The position numbers were made by a program, and so were the translations under genes. This document shows positions 12,694-24,516 of a stretch of DNA of 64,000 nucleotides, one piece after another; the first letter of the stretch is position 1; each line of letters begins with the position of its first letter. Source of the stretch: Cladosporium halotolerans (Eukaryota); contig NW_027191465.1 of the NCBI RefSeq assembly GCF_011745625.1, forward strand, positions 1 through 64,000, written 5' to 3'. The notes under the pieces are model-generated. The model did no database searches. It saw nothing but the letters and a program-made list of their open reading frames with translations, and was not told where the DNA came from.

Positions 12694-13530
12694 CTAGTTC
12701 TTCTTATGGTGGTTCAACTTCCTCAAATCTTCATCGGGGTTCATCAACAAGACCCGCGAACCGCGGACTTCTGGAGCAGCCAACAACATCTCATAGACTT
12801 TGGCAAACTCGGACGACTTCGTCACGCCGTGCTCGACGGCATCCGCGTCGACTTCGACTCGGAAGGCAAGGTATACCTCATTGAAGCGGACATTTGTGTT
12901 CTCGTTCTCACGAGCAGCAGCTTTGCAAAATGGGAAGAGGGCCCCTTGGGTCATGGCCGGCAGCACGTACAAGGCCATGTCACCCTGCGCCCCTGTGCAG
13001 ATGGTCCAAGTACTTGCCGGGTTGTTCTGCTCGAGCAGGTACCCGATGGTGTCTCTGTAAGCGACTGGAATATGCATCAGCTTGTGGAACAGTAAGAGTT
13101 CAGATGATGTTGCTCACAGAAGTTTGCTTCGAACATCGAGTTCAGATTCTTCCGCAAACGCTCGGTAGTGATGCCTTGAATTGGATCGGCAACGTATTCG
13201 CCGCCAACTATCGATCGATACATTGTCAGCATGTACATATTGCACCGAGGAAAACGATTCGAGAAGCCTACCACTTGACCAGACGTGCTGGAAAGCCGGG
13301 AGCTTGCCAGCTCGGACCTGATCGACAACGCCTTTGATCGCAGTGTCGGAAAGTACATCAGCTTCGACTGTGGTGATCCCCTTGTCAGAACCAATGAACT
13401 TGAACAATTTGTCCGCCGACGCTTGAGTGCGCACGACGGCCAAAACGTTGCGGCCAGTGTCAAGGGCAGCTTTGACAGCAGCAAGGCCGATGTTGCCGGT
13501 CGATCCTACAACGAGAACGGTTTCAGGCAT
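12694..13530 (-). CDS. NAD(P)-binding Rossmann-fold oxidoreductase (atypical SDR)
   Basis: VLVVGSTGNIG; two GT..CTGAY..AG introns join the three ORF pieces. Confidence 0.8.
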
Positions 13531-14625
13531 GGTTTCGAAATTGAGACTGATTGTGAAATGTACTATTGCGCGAACGAGGTGCTTCGATCATCGCAGGCAG
13601 TATGAGCTTTATAAGTTGTACGCGGGTTTCAGAACTTAAATCTACCATCACCTGATCGTTTGTCATGTGTAGAAGCTCCGGGTTTGCACTCGCCTGACAA
13701 TTTGTAAGCAACTTCGTCTTCACAATTGTAGTGGTCGATTCTGGCAGAGGATTTCCCTTCCTCAGAAGAGGGTTGATGGCCACTTCCTTGGTGTCTTGGG
13801 AGGATCGCTGGTTTAGGAAGGATGCAAGAAACCGGCTCTATAGGCCAGCCTTCCTCACCAATCAGCGGGCGACAAGAGCGGATAGCCCATCCACCCGAAA
13901 CCCCGAGCTGACTGATGATGATTGCGTTCCCCTGTATATCGAGATTCGAGCAATAAACGAGGCATTATGATCGCAAACTCCGGATGACTAACCAAGCACA
14001 CCAAGGCGTGTGGACACATTGAAGTCTTGTAGAGACGGACATAAGCTACCGTCGTTCACGATCATGACACCACCGCCATTGCCAAGGCTGCCCGATACCT
14101 ATGGTCACCAACCTGGAAGGCTCGGTACAAGATCTAAAGCCTGAAGCATGGCACATTTTAGGGCCTGGTGCAAAGCGAGGGAGCGTTTAGACGTCAAACT
14201 ATCGCAGCGGTGAGATACCCGGACATGCTTCTGGAAGGGTCATTCCGCCTTTTAAAAGTGAAAAGACGAGCAAGGTCTTTTTTTTTCTCATGCATCACGT
14301 AGACCTCTTTCAAGATTTGTCTTTCCGTTCTTTGACATGATGAATGCATCTCATCGGCGCGTGGCTTTACTCACCATTCTGGCGCGCAACAACGTTCCGC
14401 GCGAACGATCCAGTCCAAGCCTTGCGATCCGAAACTCAAACAACAATCCTCGTGGACTGATTCGCTCGACGAGTCATTTCTCGTCTTTTAGTCTGATCAA
14501 CACCAAAGAAGAACAGGCATCCGAAAGTAAAGACTTGATCACATGGCATGCCTAACATTATGTATATATATGAGCTCGCCATCTGCGTGGGTAGCGCTGG
14601 TCGATAAGACCTTGAAATCATCACT

Positions 14626-15309
14626 ATGTCTTTTTCCCAGGCTGAAGCTACTCTGAGCAGCAGTATGAAGGGAGACAATAACGTGTGCTCCCCCAGCGAG
14701 ACCTCGCCATCGAACGATTCCGATGAACTCCAAGGGGTTGCCGATTGCCAAACTGATCAGGTTTCTCTGGCATGCCTTAGTCTGACTATCCAACATGGAA
14801 GCTTTCCCTGGCGAGACATCACGGTCCTCGAAAATGGAATTCCAACTTACTTCTGCGGTGTATCTCAGTACACACCCAATACTCCCGACATGGTATGGCA
14901 CATGGGCGATAAGAGTAGCCCTGTCATTGGCCACGTCTTCATCCGCATTGGACGCTCGATTAAATGTGGTCTTGGCGCAAAAGAGACGACAATGGAATGG
15001 ATTGAAATGAGGCCACATGGCTTCGCCGGATCGAAACGTTACACGTTCGAATGGAACGGGAGGATGTACGAAATTTCTCGCAGCAATTCTGGTCGCAGGA
15101 GCGGACAGTACCATGCGTTGGACCTTGAGACCCAGGAGATGATAGCCACACATTCTTCAAAGCTCAAGCTCGGGATGCGAAGGAACAAGTCCATGCTGTT
15201 TCCCGCTGGAATGGATTCAAAGCTTCAACTCCTTGTCGTGATGGGGTTCTGCGCATGGCGAGAGAAATCGAGGAGGAGAAGAAACGCAGCGAATAGGCAG
15301 CCTTACTAA
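14626..15309 (+). CDS. Hypothetical fungal beta-rich protein (possibly DUF6593/tubby-like)
   Basis: 227-aa ATG ORF; YTFEWNGRMY segment and a C-terminal hydrophobic helix followed by a basic tail (LLVVMGFCAWREKSRRRR). Confidence 0.6.
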   Translation: MSFSQAEATLSSSMKGDNNVCSPSETSPSNDSDELQGVADCQTDQVSLACLSLTIQHGSFPWRDITVLENGIPTYFCGVSQYTPNTPDMVWHMGDKSSPVIGHVFIRIGRSIKCGLGAKETTMEWIEMRPHGFAGSKRYTFEWNGRMYEISRSNSGRRSGQYHALDLETQEMIATHSSKLKLGMRRNKSMLFPAGMDSKLQLLVVMGFCAWREKSRRRRNAANRQPY

Positions 15310-15425
15310 GAAGCCATGAGAGCCTCGCTAATATGCTGCTGAAGTATTAGCCTCCTTCACCCTCTGACGTTCGCTTGCGAACATCGTTAGGGTTCCGTTG
15401 CAGATCTGATGACGGTACTCCGACG

Positions 15426-16529
15426 CTATTGTATCTTCAAGCCCCTCGCTTCACCGTAGCCATTGTAGCAGACCCCTCGAAGATTCCACTGCGAATGTCT
15501 CGGCTGCATATTTCCGGCCTTGTCTGTCGCTCGACTGAAAATCGTTTTTCCCTCGCCTCGTTCAATCTTCAATTTTGCTTCCCATAGCTTCCAAGACCAC
15601 TTGCTCTCTCCTTCGTACGAGCCAAGTTGCGCCTCCTTCCACACCTCTCCATCCACAGAGACCTCAACCTTAACGACCGGTCCATCGTCACCGCTTGGCA
15701 GAGCATAGCCCTTCACAACCACCATACCCTCTGCGTCACTCTCGACCGTGCTGCCGTCCTGCGGTACCGCAACGACCGAGTTGACAGGCATCTCAATGAC
15801 CGGCGGCGTGGAGCCCCAGAACCTTTGCGCGCTTTCCGAATCCACAGCATCTTCCGGCAAGACTTTGTAGTCGAAATGCATGTAATGATTGCTGCTCATC
15901 TCTCTCTGAACAGTGATGTGATCCAACCACTTGACCGCTCTTGCGCCCGCAATCCCCGGCGTAACAACGCGTACAGGGAAGCCGTGCTCGATGCTCAGCG
16001 GCTCGCCATTCATCTCCAGAGCAAGGATGACATCCGCGTCTTCTCTCATCGCCCGCGATAGAGGGATTGAAGCGCCATACCAATCGTCATCCTGGCAGGG
16101 CACGGCGTTGCATGCGAAAGCAACGTGCGCCGTTTTCATTTCTTCTTCATCAAGTTGAAGCCCAGCACGTAGCAAGATGTCCCGGAGCCTAGGCCCTCGC
16201 CAGGAACAGTTCATAACGGCACCGGCAAACCAGTCGAGACCTTGGACTTCTTTGAGAAGAGTGCGCATAGTGTGGCGACGGTTGCCTGCACATTGTAAAG
16301 CACAAGTAACTTCATGCTGAGGGTAGTCTTTCCGAAGATTGGAGATGGACAGCGAGGCAGATGCGGAGACTAATCCGTCGAGACGGACGCGATGTGTGTC
16401 TTCTGATATCTGCGGTTGAGGGCAATGGTTACGGTCATATGGCCTGAGATCCTTGGTGGTCAGAAAGGAAGAGATCAGCGAGTGGAGACCAGGTTCGCGG
16501 TTCAGTGGTGTGCTAGGTAGCTGAGGCAT
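15426..16529 (-). CDS. Molybdopterin oxidoreductase, sulfite-oxidase family (Moco and dimerisation domains only)
   Basis: PLNREP, YDRNH, LQCAGNRR (Mo-ligating Cys), HGFPVRVVTPGIAGARAVKWL, WNLRGVCYN. Confidence 0.9.
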   Translation of the reverse strand: MPQLPSTPLNREPGLHSLISSFLTTKDLRPYDRNHCPQPQISEDTHRVRLDGLVSASASLSISNLRKDYPQHEVTCALQCAGNRRHTMRTLLKEVQGLDWFAGAVMNCSWRGPRLRDILLRAGLQLDEEEMKTAHVAFACNAVPCQDDDWYGASIPLSRAMREDADVILALEMNGEPLSIEHGFPVRVVTPGIAGARAVKWLDHITVQREMSSNHYMHFDYKVLPEDAVDSESAQRFWGSTPPVIEMPVNSVVAVPQDGSTVESDAEGMVVVKGYALPSGDDGPVVKVEVSVDGEVWKEAQLGSYEGESKWSWKLWEAKLKIERGEGKTIFSRATDKAGNMQPRHSQWNLRGVCYNGYGEARGLKIQ

Positions 16530-17481
16530 AGTATCGAGAAATGATGGTAGTTCGGGCAGCGCGTTGGCCGAGACTGACTGAGGCCGGCTGCCGTGCTGCT
16601 TAGGGGGACGCAAGACGACAATTATCAAGGGTTACTGGAAGAGGATGATGCCACACCAACGCGCCCAATGAGAGATCTCCTGGTGACTGCATAGTGATAG
16701 TGCCGCCCTATGAAGGAAATGCATTCTGCTGTGATGGCTCCATCCGTCGTGGTGTCGTCATGTCCCAGCGGGGTGACAAGACGTCGCAATTCCAGTCCCT
16801 TGATGCCTTAACATCACCGGATCAAGGTGTAGCGTTCGAGGACCTGCCTGCCGACCTGGTTTCGTCCAAAACTTCGACAAGCCATACGAGTTCTAATGAC
16901 TTACTATATTGCAAGGGACAGACGCCCAGGAACTTCCGAATTTCGCACCAAAGCTCCCGGGAGTCCAACTCTTGTGTGTTTCTGGCCTGCCAGACAGCAT
17001 TGTGCGGGCAGGCTCGCGGGTGGCAACGATTTCAAAGCCCCATGAGATACGTTCCACCGCCGTCACCTGCGATAGCGTGGTGCCCCAATTCCAGGTCATC
17101 AATGATCATCCCGGCAGAACGCGACAGCCCCGCCTTGAGCATCATGCGTGCTGTCAGCAGACGCGCAGTGATTCTGCAGACGAATGTGTTACTTGTGAAT
17201 GTTTGGAGCATCTTTGCGTTTCCGTCTCGGCAGAACAACAACTCCCGTCCCGAAAACCATCGGCGAGGGCGCAGCCACGTGGTAGTGCACAGGTACATTC
17301 ACTACCTAGTATAGTGCCTTCGCCACCTACAGTGAAAGTCATCCAAGGAGCCACGTGCTTTGGCTGGCGGGAGCACCGTCTTCTTGGCATTGTGGCGGCG
17401 GAGTTTGGAAGCTGAAGGCACCTTATCAATCCTGCTTCTCAACCTCTCCTACTTGTCACCAATCGAATATGGCCGTTTATC

Positions 17482-18396
17482 ATGCTTCCTTCAGACACAG
17501 TCGGATCCAGAGAGCAGCAGATGTGCGACGGCGTTGTGATTGATTCAGAAGTCCACCACGACCATGCACAAAAAGAGCGTCTTTGTTTATTAGCTCTCCA
17601 GCCCGGACTGTTCCGAGACCCGCTGATCTGCGCCTTGGAGAACCATTCGCTAGGGGACACACCCTCGTTCGAGGCAATATCGTACTGCTGGGAACCTGAT
17701 TCGGTTTTGGTACACATTCAACTAGATGGAGTAGATGGATTCAAGATCTCTCAACATTTGGAAGCCTGCCTTCGGCGAGTGCGCCATCAGGCACAAACGA
17801 GGCGCGTCTGGATTGACGCGATCTGCATCAAACAATGCGATGACGACGTGGAAAAGTATATACATCAACGGAAATCGAGCCCTGCGTTTCGCGTGTGCCG
17901 CGGTACCCTCGTGTGGCTAGGCGACTTTGTCGAGTGGCATCTTGGTGAGTCCGAAGACGTTCCGTCTGCAGACCCGAGACTCCTGGATGTGGCACTCAAG
18001 GAAGCAATACTGGCGTGGGATTCCAGGAGCAGAACAGAGGGAAACACGAAAAGAGTGTGGTGGAGGAGGCTGTGGTGTCTGCAGGAGTTCGCAGTCTCGC
18101 CCACTGATCCGACTGTGATAATCGGCCCTTATTTTCTTGAATGGTCACACTTTGCGGAACTGGCCGGCGACGTCTTGAATCCGCTGTTCCACTGTTTCCG
18201 AAGAATGAAGACAGTTCATCTACAGTCTGGTTGTGGAATCACTTTGCAAGAGTTGTCAGATTTAACGATCAACGAGTTTGGCTGCAGCGACGATAGGCAT
18301 CGCGTACCTGCTCTGGTAGGCATTCTGGACTATTTTTCAGTCCCTTCCTCGACAATCCCCCAACAAATCGACGAGAGAACATTAAGGGCAACCTGA
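17482..18396 (+). CDS. HET-domain (heterokaryon incompatibility, het-6-like) protein, degenerate or possibly truncated
   Basis: FEAISYCW, VWIDAICIKQ, LVWLG and WWRRLWCLQE HET motifs. Confidence 0.8.
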   Translation: MLPSDTVGSREQQMCDGVVIDSEVHHDHAQKERLCLLALQPGLFRDPLICALENHSLGDTPSFEAISYCWEPDSVLVHIQLDGVDGFKISQHLEACLRRVRHQAQTRRVWIDAICIKQCDDDVEKYIHQRKSSPAFRVCRGTLVWLGDFVEWHLGESEDVPSADPRLLDVALKEAILAWDSRSRTEGNTKRVWWRRLWCLQEFAVSPTDPTVIIGPYFLEWSHFAELAGDVLNPLFHCFRRMKTVHLQSGCGITLQELSDLTINEFGCSDDRHRVPALVGILDYFSVPSSTIPQQIDERTLRAT

Positions 18397-18630
18397 GACA
18401 CGGCATACAAACCAATCCTGCTAGACAACACAAAAATACACCTTCGCCCATATAGCCGATACTATGCTAGGCCCACGCTGAAATCTTAGCCCTGCAAACA
18501 AATCGAGATCCCGAAGAGCGCTTAAACCTGGATTCGTCATATTCCCTGAGCGTTCGAAATTCTGGATGCGTTTTGCAAAGCTGGAAGTCTATTTGAGCAT
18601 CCGTTGCGTGAGTGGAAGCGCCTTCGGAGG

Positions 18631-19962
18631 TCACGCTGCTTCACCGGCCATGGGATCGTCTCTCCTTGCGCCAGAAACTACATCGCTTTGACTGCCAGTG
18701 TCACCAGAGTCTGTGCTCGTCAAAGCATTCTCCACTTTTGTGCCAGACGTTGGGTCTCCGGTACACATCTTCGCATAGTCGATTTCCAAGAAGTGCATCG
18801 AGCGGTTGCCTTTGTGATCAATCGTCTGTTCTTTGACCGTGTTGGCCAGCTTATACCAGTGTTCGTACCACATATCATTCGGCCTGAGCGGTAGAAGATT
18901 CCAAGACTCCATCCAGGACATTTCCCTCTCGGTTGGCGCGAGGAGAGCGTACATACGACTACGATTGGTCGGAACCAAGGCGTCCACGGGGGGTCCTACC
19001 ACTTTTATGGTCATGAACCTCCCCATGTCGTAGCGTGCGTAGTCTGAGTTTTGCCTATGGTTGCTACGCAAGATGTTCCGAAACTGTTGCCAACTTTGCT
19101 GAGTTCCGACATTGAAGATAGTCAGGATTGTGGCAACAGACATTACTGTCACGACGAAAAGCTGCGATGGCAAAGTGGCTTGGCCGATGCAAACGATATG
19201 CACTCCGAAAGCTAGCCAGCCAACCCCTCTGGCGATTGTGTACATCCCTTGCCATTCTAGAGAGAAGAACTTGGCAGCTGTAGGGTCGAGCCTGCCAAAT
19301 AGCTTGAGTAAAAGTCCAAGTTTGATGTGCATTCCGACCAAGCCTCCATCTGGCCTTACGATGAGGATTTTTTTCCTTTGGTTGAACCCATCCCTCACAA
19401 ATCGTTGTGTGCCGCCATGGGATTGTTGCAGTTCGCCTTTGAATTTTCCATCAAACTTCTTGACATTGGCGTGAATAAGATAGTTGCGGACCAGCGTAGC
19501 CATCAGCAATGCGGCTCCGTTTGCTATACCGTACCAATCGGCTTGGAGAGCCGCAAGGGCTATCAGACCGAGGTGCATGACGGTGCCCAAAAGAAAGGCA
19601 AGACCAACATGAAGACCACCCAGCTCAGCGAAACCCCTTTGATCTTCGGCAAGCTCTATCTCCAAGAAAGAATAGCTTTCCGTCACGTAGTGAGACATCC
19701 ACCTCGTGAACCAGGCGCTCAGCTCCGTATTGGTGATGCCGTCACTCAGGTTATACATATTGTGACCCGGTTCAGGTGTGGTAAAATGGTTTCCGGCCAC
19801 TCGATACGCACCGAGTAGCGGCATATAGTCTGTCAAGGTATTTGGCGCGAGGGTTCCTATGGCTCGCGCGACCTCTTCTGCGCCCAAAAGAGTTACCAAC
19901 CCAAGAGCATCTAGCCTGAAAGGCTGCCAATTCTTCAGGGCTTCCAGCGGTAGGAGGACCAT
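18631..19962 (-). CDS. Fungal multi-pass membrane protein of unknown function
   Basis: 443-aa ORF from ATG 19962; N-terminal FRLDALGLVTLLGAEEV; about four hydrophobic helices in two pairs. Confidence 0.75.
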   Translation of the reverse strand: MVLLPLEALKNWQPFRLDALGLVTLLGAEEVARAIGTLAPNTLTDYMPLLGAYRVAGNHFTTPEPGHNMYNLSDGITNTELSAWFTRWMSHYVTESYSFLEIELAEDQRGFAELGGLHVGLAFLLGTVMHLGLIALAALQADWYGIANGAALLMATLVRNYLIHANVKKFDGKFKGELQQSHGGTQRFVRDGFNQRKKILIVRPDGGLVGMHIKLGLLLKLFGRLDPTAAKFFSLEWQGMYTIARGVGWLAFGVHIVCIGQATLPSQLFVVTVMSVATILTIFNVGTQQSWQQFRNILRSNHRQNSDYARYDMGRFMTIKVVGPPVDALVPTNRSRMYALLAPTEREMSWMESWNLLPLRPNDMWYEHWYKLANTVKEQTIDHKGNRSMHFLEIDYAKMCTGDPTSGTKVENALTSTDSGDTGSQSDVVSGARRDDPMAGEAA

Positions 19963-20774
19963 CTTATCGGAAAAACTGTGCGAAATGAGGAGTAATCCAA
20001 CGATGTTCTCATCGTGTCCGTAGCCTGATTTAACGGCAAGGCTGAGTGGGCGTCGATGCGACTCTCTGAGACGGGTTAGCTCTGTATGCACGACAGCTCA
20101 CCAGTCTATGCAGCTTTCGGATGATCCTGATAAAACATTGTCACTATCAGAACGGTACTAGAGACACCCTTTTTCGCGACACGCAGGGGTTCAGAGTATT
20201 TGTCGCTTTTCGCAGAATGGGTCATGCATGAGATGGCAGCAGCCTGACTTTGAGCGGTTGTCCGTGAAGAATGCCGGAGGCAGAATCGTGCTCACCGCGG
20301 AACTATTGAAGTATCGACTTGCTTCATCACGTGGGGGTTTCTCCATCCGAGGGCCAGAGCCTGAAACTCATTCTCGGGCTTCTGGGGTAGTACTGCAGTT
20401 TCTAAAGCTGCCAAATTTCAGACCACGAGAGAACAGGCGACTTCGCGAGCGTTTTTTTCCCCATCATCAGCTCAAACAGTTTGCAACCGGTTCTGCGCGG
20501 GTCAAGAATGCATTTACCCAGAGCTCGATGGCAACCGTCCGGTGCGCTCAGCAATCTTACCCGATATAGCTCATCCATGCATGATCGAGTTTCTCCGTGT
20601 CGGCTATACAAGCGGGACCTCCATGGATGCGGGCAGTTGCCTCCAGCAGGGTTCCGCGACACGCTGCGCCTTTATTTCCCACCTGATGCGTTCATGTTCT
20701 CGGTCAATTTTTCCCTGGGACAAAATATCCCTTTCGAATAGGATTACCGGACGCATTGCTCAGCTGTCGTGAAT

Positions 20775-23140
20775 ATGAAGTTCAGAGATGGTGAGTTGGA
20801 CCAACAACAAGTGCATACGATCGGGCTTTCACTGAAACTGCTTCGAGGAATGTGGTTGCCGGCGGAAGGGAAGAGGATCGAATATGCTGAAGAGGTCTAT
20901 TCTGTCACGCCCTTGGAAGATGGAAAGAAAATCAGTTTGCTGTGTCCAACCACGCAAATCCGGTCTAGAGGAGACACGCTCAACAAGCCCACGATAACCA
21001 TTGTAAATGCTCATCGTGACAAGATCAGTCACTGTAGATGTGAAAGCTAAGACCGTCGCCACAGGACATCGAAGCAGTAGCCGAGGGCATCCTGTCGGTA
21101 GAAGCAACCCACTGGCACGGCTCGCAGAACAAAGGCCCCCACTTCGACCTCTTCCCTTCCGGCCAGCCCGACATTGAAAGCTCTCTTGAGAATGCAACCC
21201 TTGGAACGACTCTATTCTCTGGCTCCATCGCCGCAACAGTCACGACAGAGCCTCACAAATTCGACATCCGCTTTCACAGCTCCAATGACCCGCAACACAA
21301 ACTCACGTCCCTCCTCAACCGCAGTGTGGGCTTCGCATTCTCGCCCGCCACGAGTTCGCCGATGCAGACCGCCGACATGCGAAACCTGCAGCACTACATG
21401 CTCACACAGACTACCCTTGGTGTCGGCGAGCAGGTATACGGTTTGGGCGAGCGTTTCGGCGCGCTGAATAAGGTTGGGCAGCAGGTCGAGCTATGGAACG
21501 CAGACGGCGGCACGTCGAGCGAGCAGGCGTACAAAAACGTCTCGTTCTGGCTCAGCAATAAGGGCTACGGCGTATTCGTCGACGCGACGGAGAAAGTCGA
21601 CCTGGAGATCGGCAGCGAGCGCAGCTGCAGAGTGCAGACCAGCGTCGAGGGCCAGCGGCTCAAGTGGTTCATCATCCAAGGCCCGACACCGAAAGAGATC
21701 CTGACCCGTTACACGCTGCTGACTGGGCGCGCGAACAAAGTCCCCGCGTGGAGTCTAGGCTTGTGGCTCAGCACCTCGTTCACGACCGATTACGACGAGG
21801 CGACGGTCGCAGGCTTCCTCGAAGGCATGCGCGAGCGCGAGATCCCTTTGCAAGTCTTCCACTACGACTGCTTCTGGATGCGCGGCTTCCAGTGGTGCGA
21901 CTTCGAATTCGACGATTCTCGCTTCCCAGACCCGGCGGGGCAGATCTCGCGGATGAAACAGAGCGGTGCGGTCAGCAAGGTTTGTGTTTGGATCAACTCG
22001 TACCTAGGCCAGGCATCGCCTGTCTTCAAAGAAGCCGCCGAGAAGGGCTACTTGCTCAAGCGCAAGAACGGTGACGTCTGGCAGTGGGACCTATGGCAGG
22101 CTGGGATGGGGATCGTGGACTTCACGAACCCGGCGGCGTGCGAGTGGTTTGTCGAGAATTTGAGCAAGCTCTTCGACACGGGCGTCGATGCCATCAAGAC
22201 GGACTTCGGCGAGCGCATCCCGACTGAAGACGTGCAGTGGCACGATGCGGCCGTCGACCCGACGAAGATGCACAACTACTACTCCTTCCTCTTCAACAAG
22301 ATCGTCTTCGAGGCTCTGCAAGCCCGCTACGGCGCTGACCAAGCGGTGCTCTTCGCCCGCTCCGCTTGCGCAGGCGGCCAGCGCTTCCCCGTGCACTGGG
22401 GCGGCGACTGTGAGAGCACTTTCGAGGCGATGGCCGAGTCGCTGCGCGGCGGGCTCTCGCTCGGCATAAGCGGCTACTCATTCTGGAGCGTAGACATCGG
22501 CGGCTTTGAAGGCACGCCGGACGCCGCGATCTACAAGCGCTGGGTGCAGTTCGGCCTTCTGTGCTCGCACTCACGCTTACACGGCAGCAACAGCTACCGT
22601 GTGCCCTGGCTACTTGATGACGACGATACCTCGGAGCAAGGATGCAGCGCGGTGTTGCGGAAGTTCACCCAGCTGAAATGCAGGCTTATGCCGTACTTGT
22701 ACAGCGAGGCAATGCGGTCTATCGCGGCGGGGTGGCCGGTGAGTGTGCGAGCAATGGCACTAGAATTTCCGGACGACCGGACGGCGTGGACGTGCGATAC
22801 GCAATTCATGTTGGGGTCGAGGATTCTGGTTGCGCCAGTGTTCACTGAAGGAGGTGATGTGGAGTTTTACTTGCCTGAGGGTGCCTGGACAAGCTTCTGG
22901 GATGACGAGGATGTGATCCAGGGACCGAGGTGGATCAAGCAGCGCCACGACTTCACGACGCTGCCGATGTATGTGCGCGAGGGCACTGTGCTGGCTCTGG
23001 GGCGAGAAGGGGAGACGAGGACTGTCTACGACTGGATGGATTCGGAGAACAGAGAAGTAAAGACCTACGGCAATGTCGAAGGTGTCGAGTTCGAGTTATT
23101 CGACGCTGAAGGTCTCGTGACGGAGAAAGTCTCTTCTTAA
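20775..23140 (+). CDS. GH31 alpha-xylosidase (YicI-like)
   Basis: MKFRD|GMW start, YGLGERF, GLWLSTSF, KTDFGERIP (nucleophile), HWGGD (acid/base), HSRLHG; introns 20791-20847 and 21003-21064. Confidence 0.93.
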
Positions 23141-23385
23141 GATCCCCTAAGGCGCGCCGGCGGAAGTATCGACATTCATGGCGATCGAAGATGTCTAGTA
23201 TGCGGTCCTCGAAAGTCTCATCAAACCCTGACAAGTCGGACATCCACTGTGTGACAGTGACGATGATAGATCTTGAGCACTCGCATTGTAAGCTGCTATG
23301 CTGTAAGCGCCTCGCCATGCAACAATACCAAACGCGCAGAAAAATATACAAGGGTATCGTAATACAACCAATCGTTTCCCACGCC

Positions 23386-24516
23386 TCAGTTGAACACGCT
23401 CCCAGTCCCCCATCCAGTTCCAGTCAATCCCGGGCTCGCCCTGCCCTTCTGGTACAGCCACTTGCTGTTCAGCCCCACGCTGGCTCTGCCAGTTTTTCCA
23501 CTAGAGCTGCTCAGCCCATCGAAATCTCCACCGAGCGGGCTGCCACGCGACGATCCAAAGCTCCCTCTCCTGCCCATATCGGGGTTGTTGGCGAGCATTT
23601 TGTCTTTAAGAGGTGAAGCCGAAAACGGGCTGCCGCTTCCAGAAGCCCTTCGCGCGCTACCAAAGGGCGAAGAAATGCTCGCATCGAGAGGACTGCCGCG
23701 GCCTGAGAGAGGGGAAGCGCGTGCCTGCACACGCATCGAGTCTGCGAAGCTGCCCGTGGAATTGATGGAGCGAGGTGTTGCGCTACGGGAATATTTGGGC
23801 GGCGTCACGTATTGAGCTTGCTCTTGCGGTGTGGCAGGGCGGCTCATGGGAGGTAGGCCGAGCGCATGGCGTTGTTGGGGTGTGAGAGGGATGTCTTCGC
23901 AGGCGTCAGGACGGCGGAAGAGGGGCGCGAGGGTGACGGCCATGTTGACTAGGAGGCCGAGGCGGAGAGTGTGGAGCGTCCAGCTTGCGTAGGGCGTGTT
24001 GCGGACAAGTTGTATGGGGATGCTGCTTGCTGTTAGGGTTGGATCTTCAACTGTTGCAGTGTCCTGGGAGACGTACGAGGAGATGTAGGGCTGAGCTTTG
24101 AGGGTGAGGACGATGACGACTAGGTTGAGCACGACAATGCGAGCATCACCAGGATTGAAGCAGCTAGCATTCTGGCGCCGCACAATCTCGTCCATACGTG
24201 GGTGTTGCCATCTTCCTGGCGTCATAATAATGGCGGGAGAGCCATTTGGTGTGCCAGAGGGAGTCGCCGGACTTTTCTGTGGTGTAAGATTGGAGATCGG
24301 ATGTGCCGCAACATTCTTGATCTTGCTCGCAGGTGATTGAGCATAAGGAGTGCCAGAGGGAGTCGCAGGACTTTTCTGTAGTGTAAGATTGGAGATCGGA
24401 CGTGCCGCAACATTCTTGATCTTGCTCGCAGGTGATTGAGCATAAGGAGTGCCAGAGCGCGTGAGGCTACTGGAGCTACTGCCCGAAGTCGACTGGGTCA
24501 GCGAGGTGGAGGCCAT
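23386..24516 (-). CDS. Nuclear pore membrane component, Pom34/NPCC-like
   Basis: TPGRWQHPRMDEIVRRQ, two hydrophobic segments, DIPLTPQQRHALGL, S/P-rich tail; probable intron about 24023-24076. Confidence 0.7.
   Translation of the reverse strand: MASTSLTQSTSGSSSSSLTRSGTPYAQSPASKIKNVAARPISNLTLQKSPATPSGTPYAQSPASKIKNVAAHPISNLTPQKSPATPSGTPNGSPAIIMTPGRWQHPRMDEIVRRQNASCFNPGDARIVVLNLVVIVLTLKAQPYISSYVSQDTATVEDPTLTASSIPIQLVRNTPYASWTLHTLRLGLLVNMAVTLAPLFRRPDACEDIPLTPQQRHALGLPPMSRPATPQEQAQYVTPPKYSRSATPRSINSTGSFADSMRVQARASPLSGRGSPLDASISSPFGSARRASGSGSPFSASPLKDKMLANNPDMGRRGSFGSSRGSPLGGDFDGLSSSSGKTGRASVGLNSKWLYQKGRASPGLTGTGWGTGSVFN
24251..24457. repeat. 99-bp in-frame tandem duplication (about 2.1 copies) in the Pom34-like gene
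   Basis: Near-identical units at 24251-24349 and 24350-24448 encode SGTPYAQSPASKIKNVAAxPISNLTxQKSPATP twice. Confidence 0.95.
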
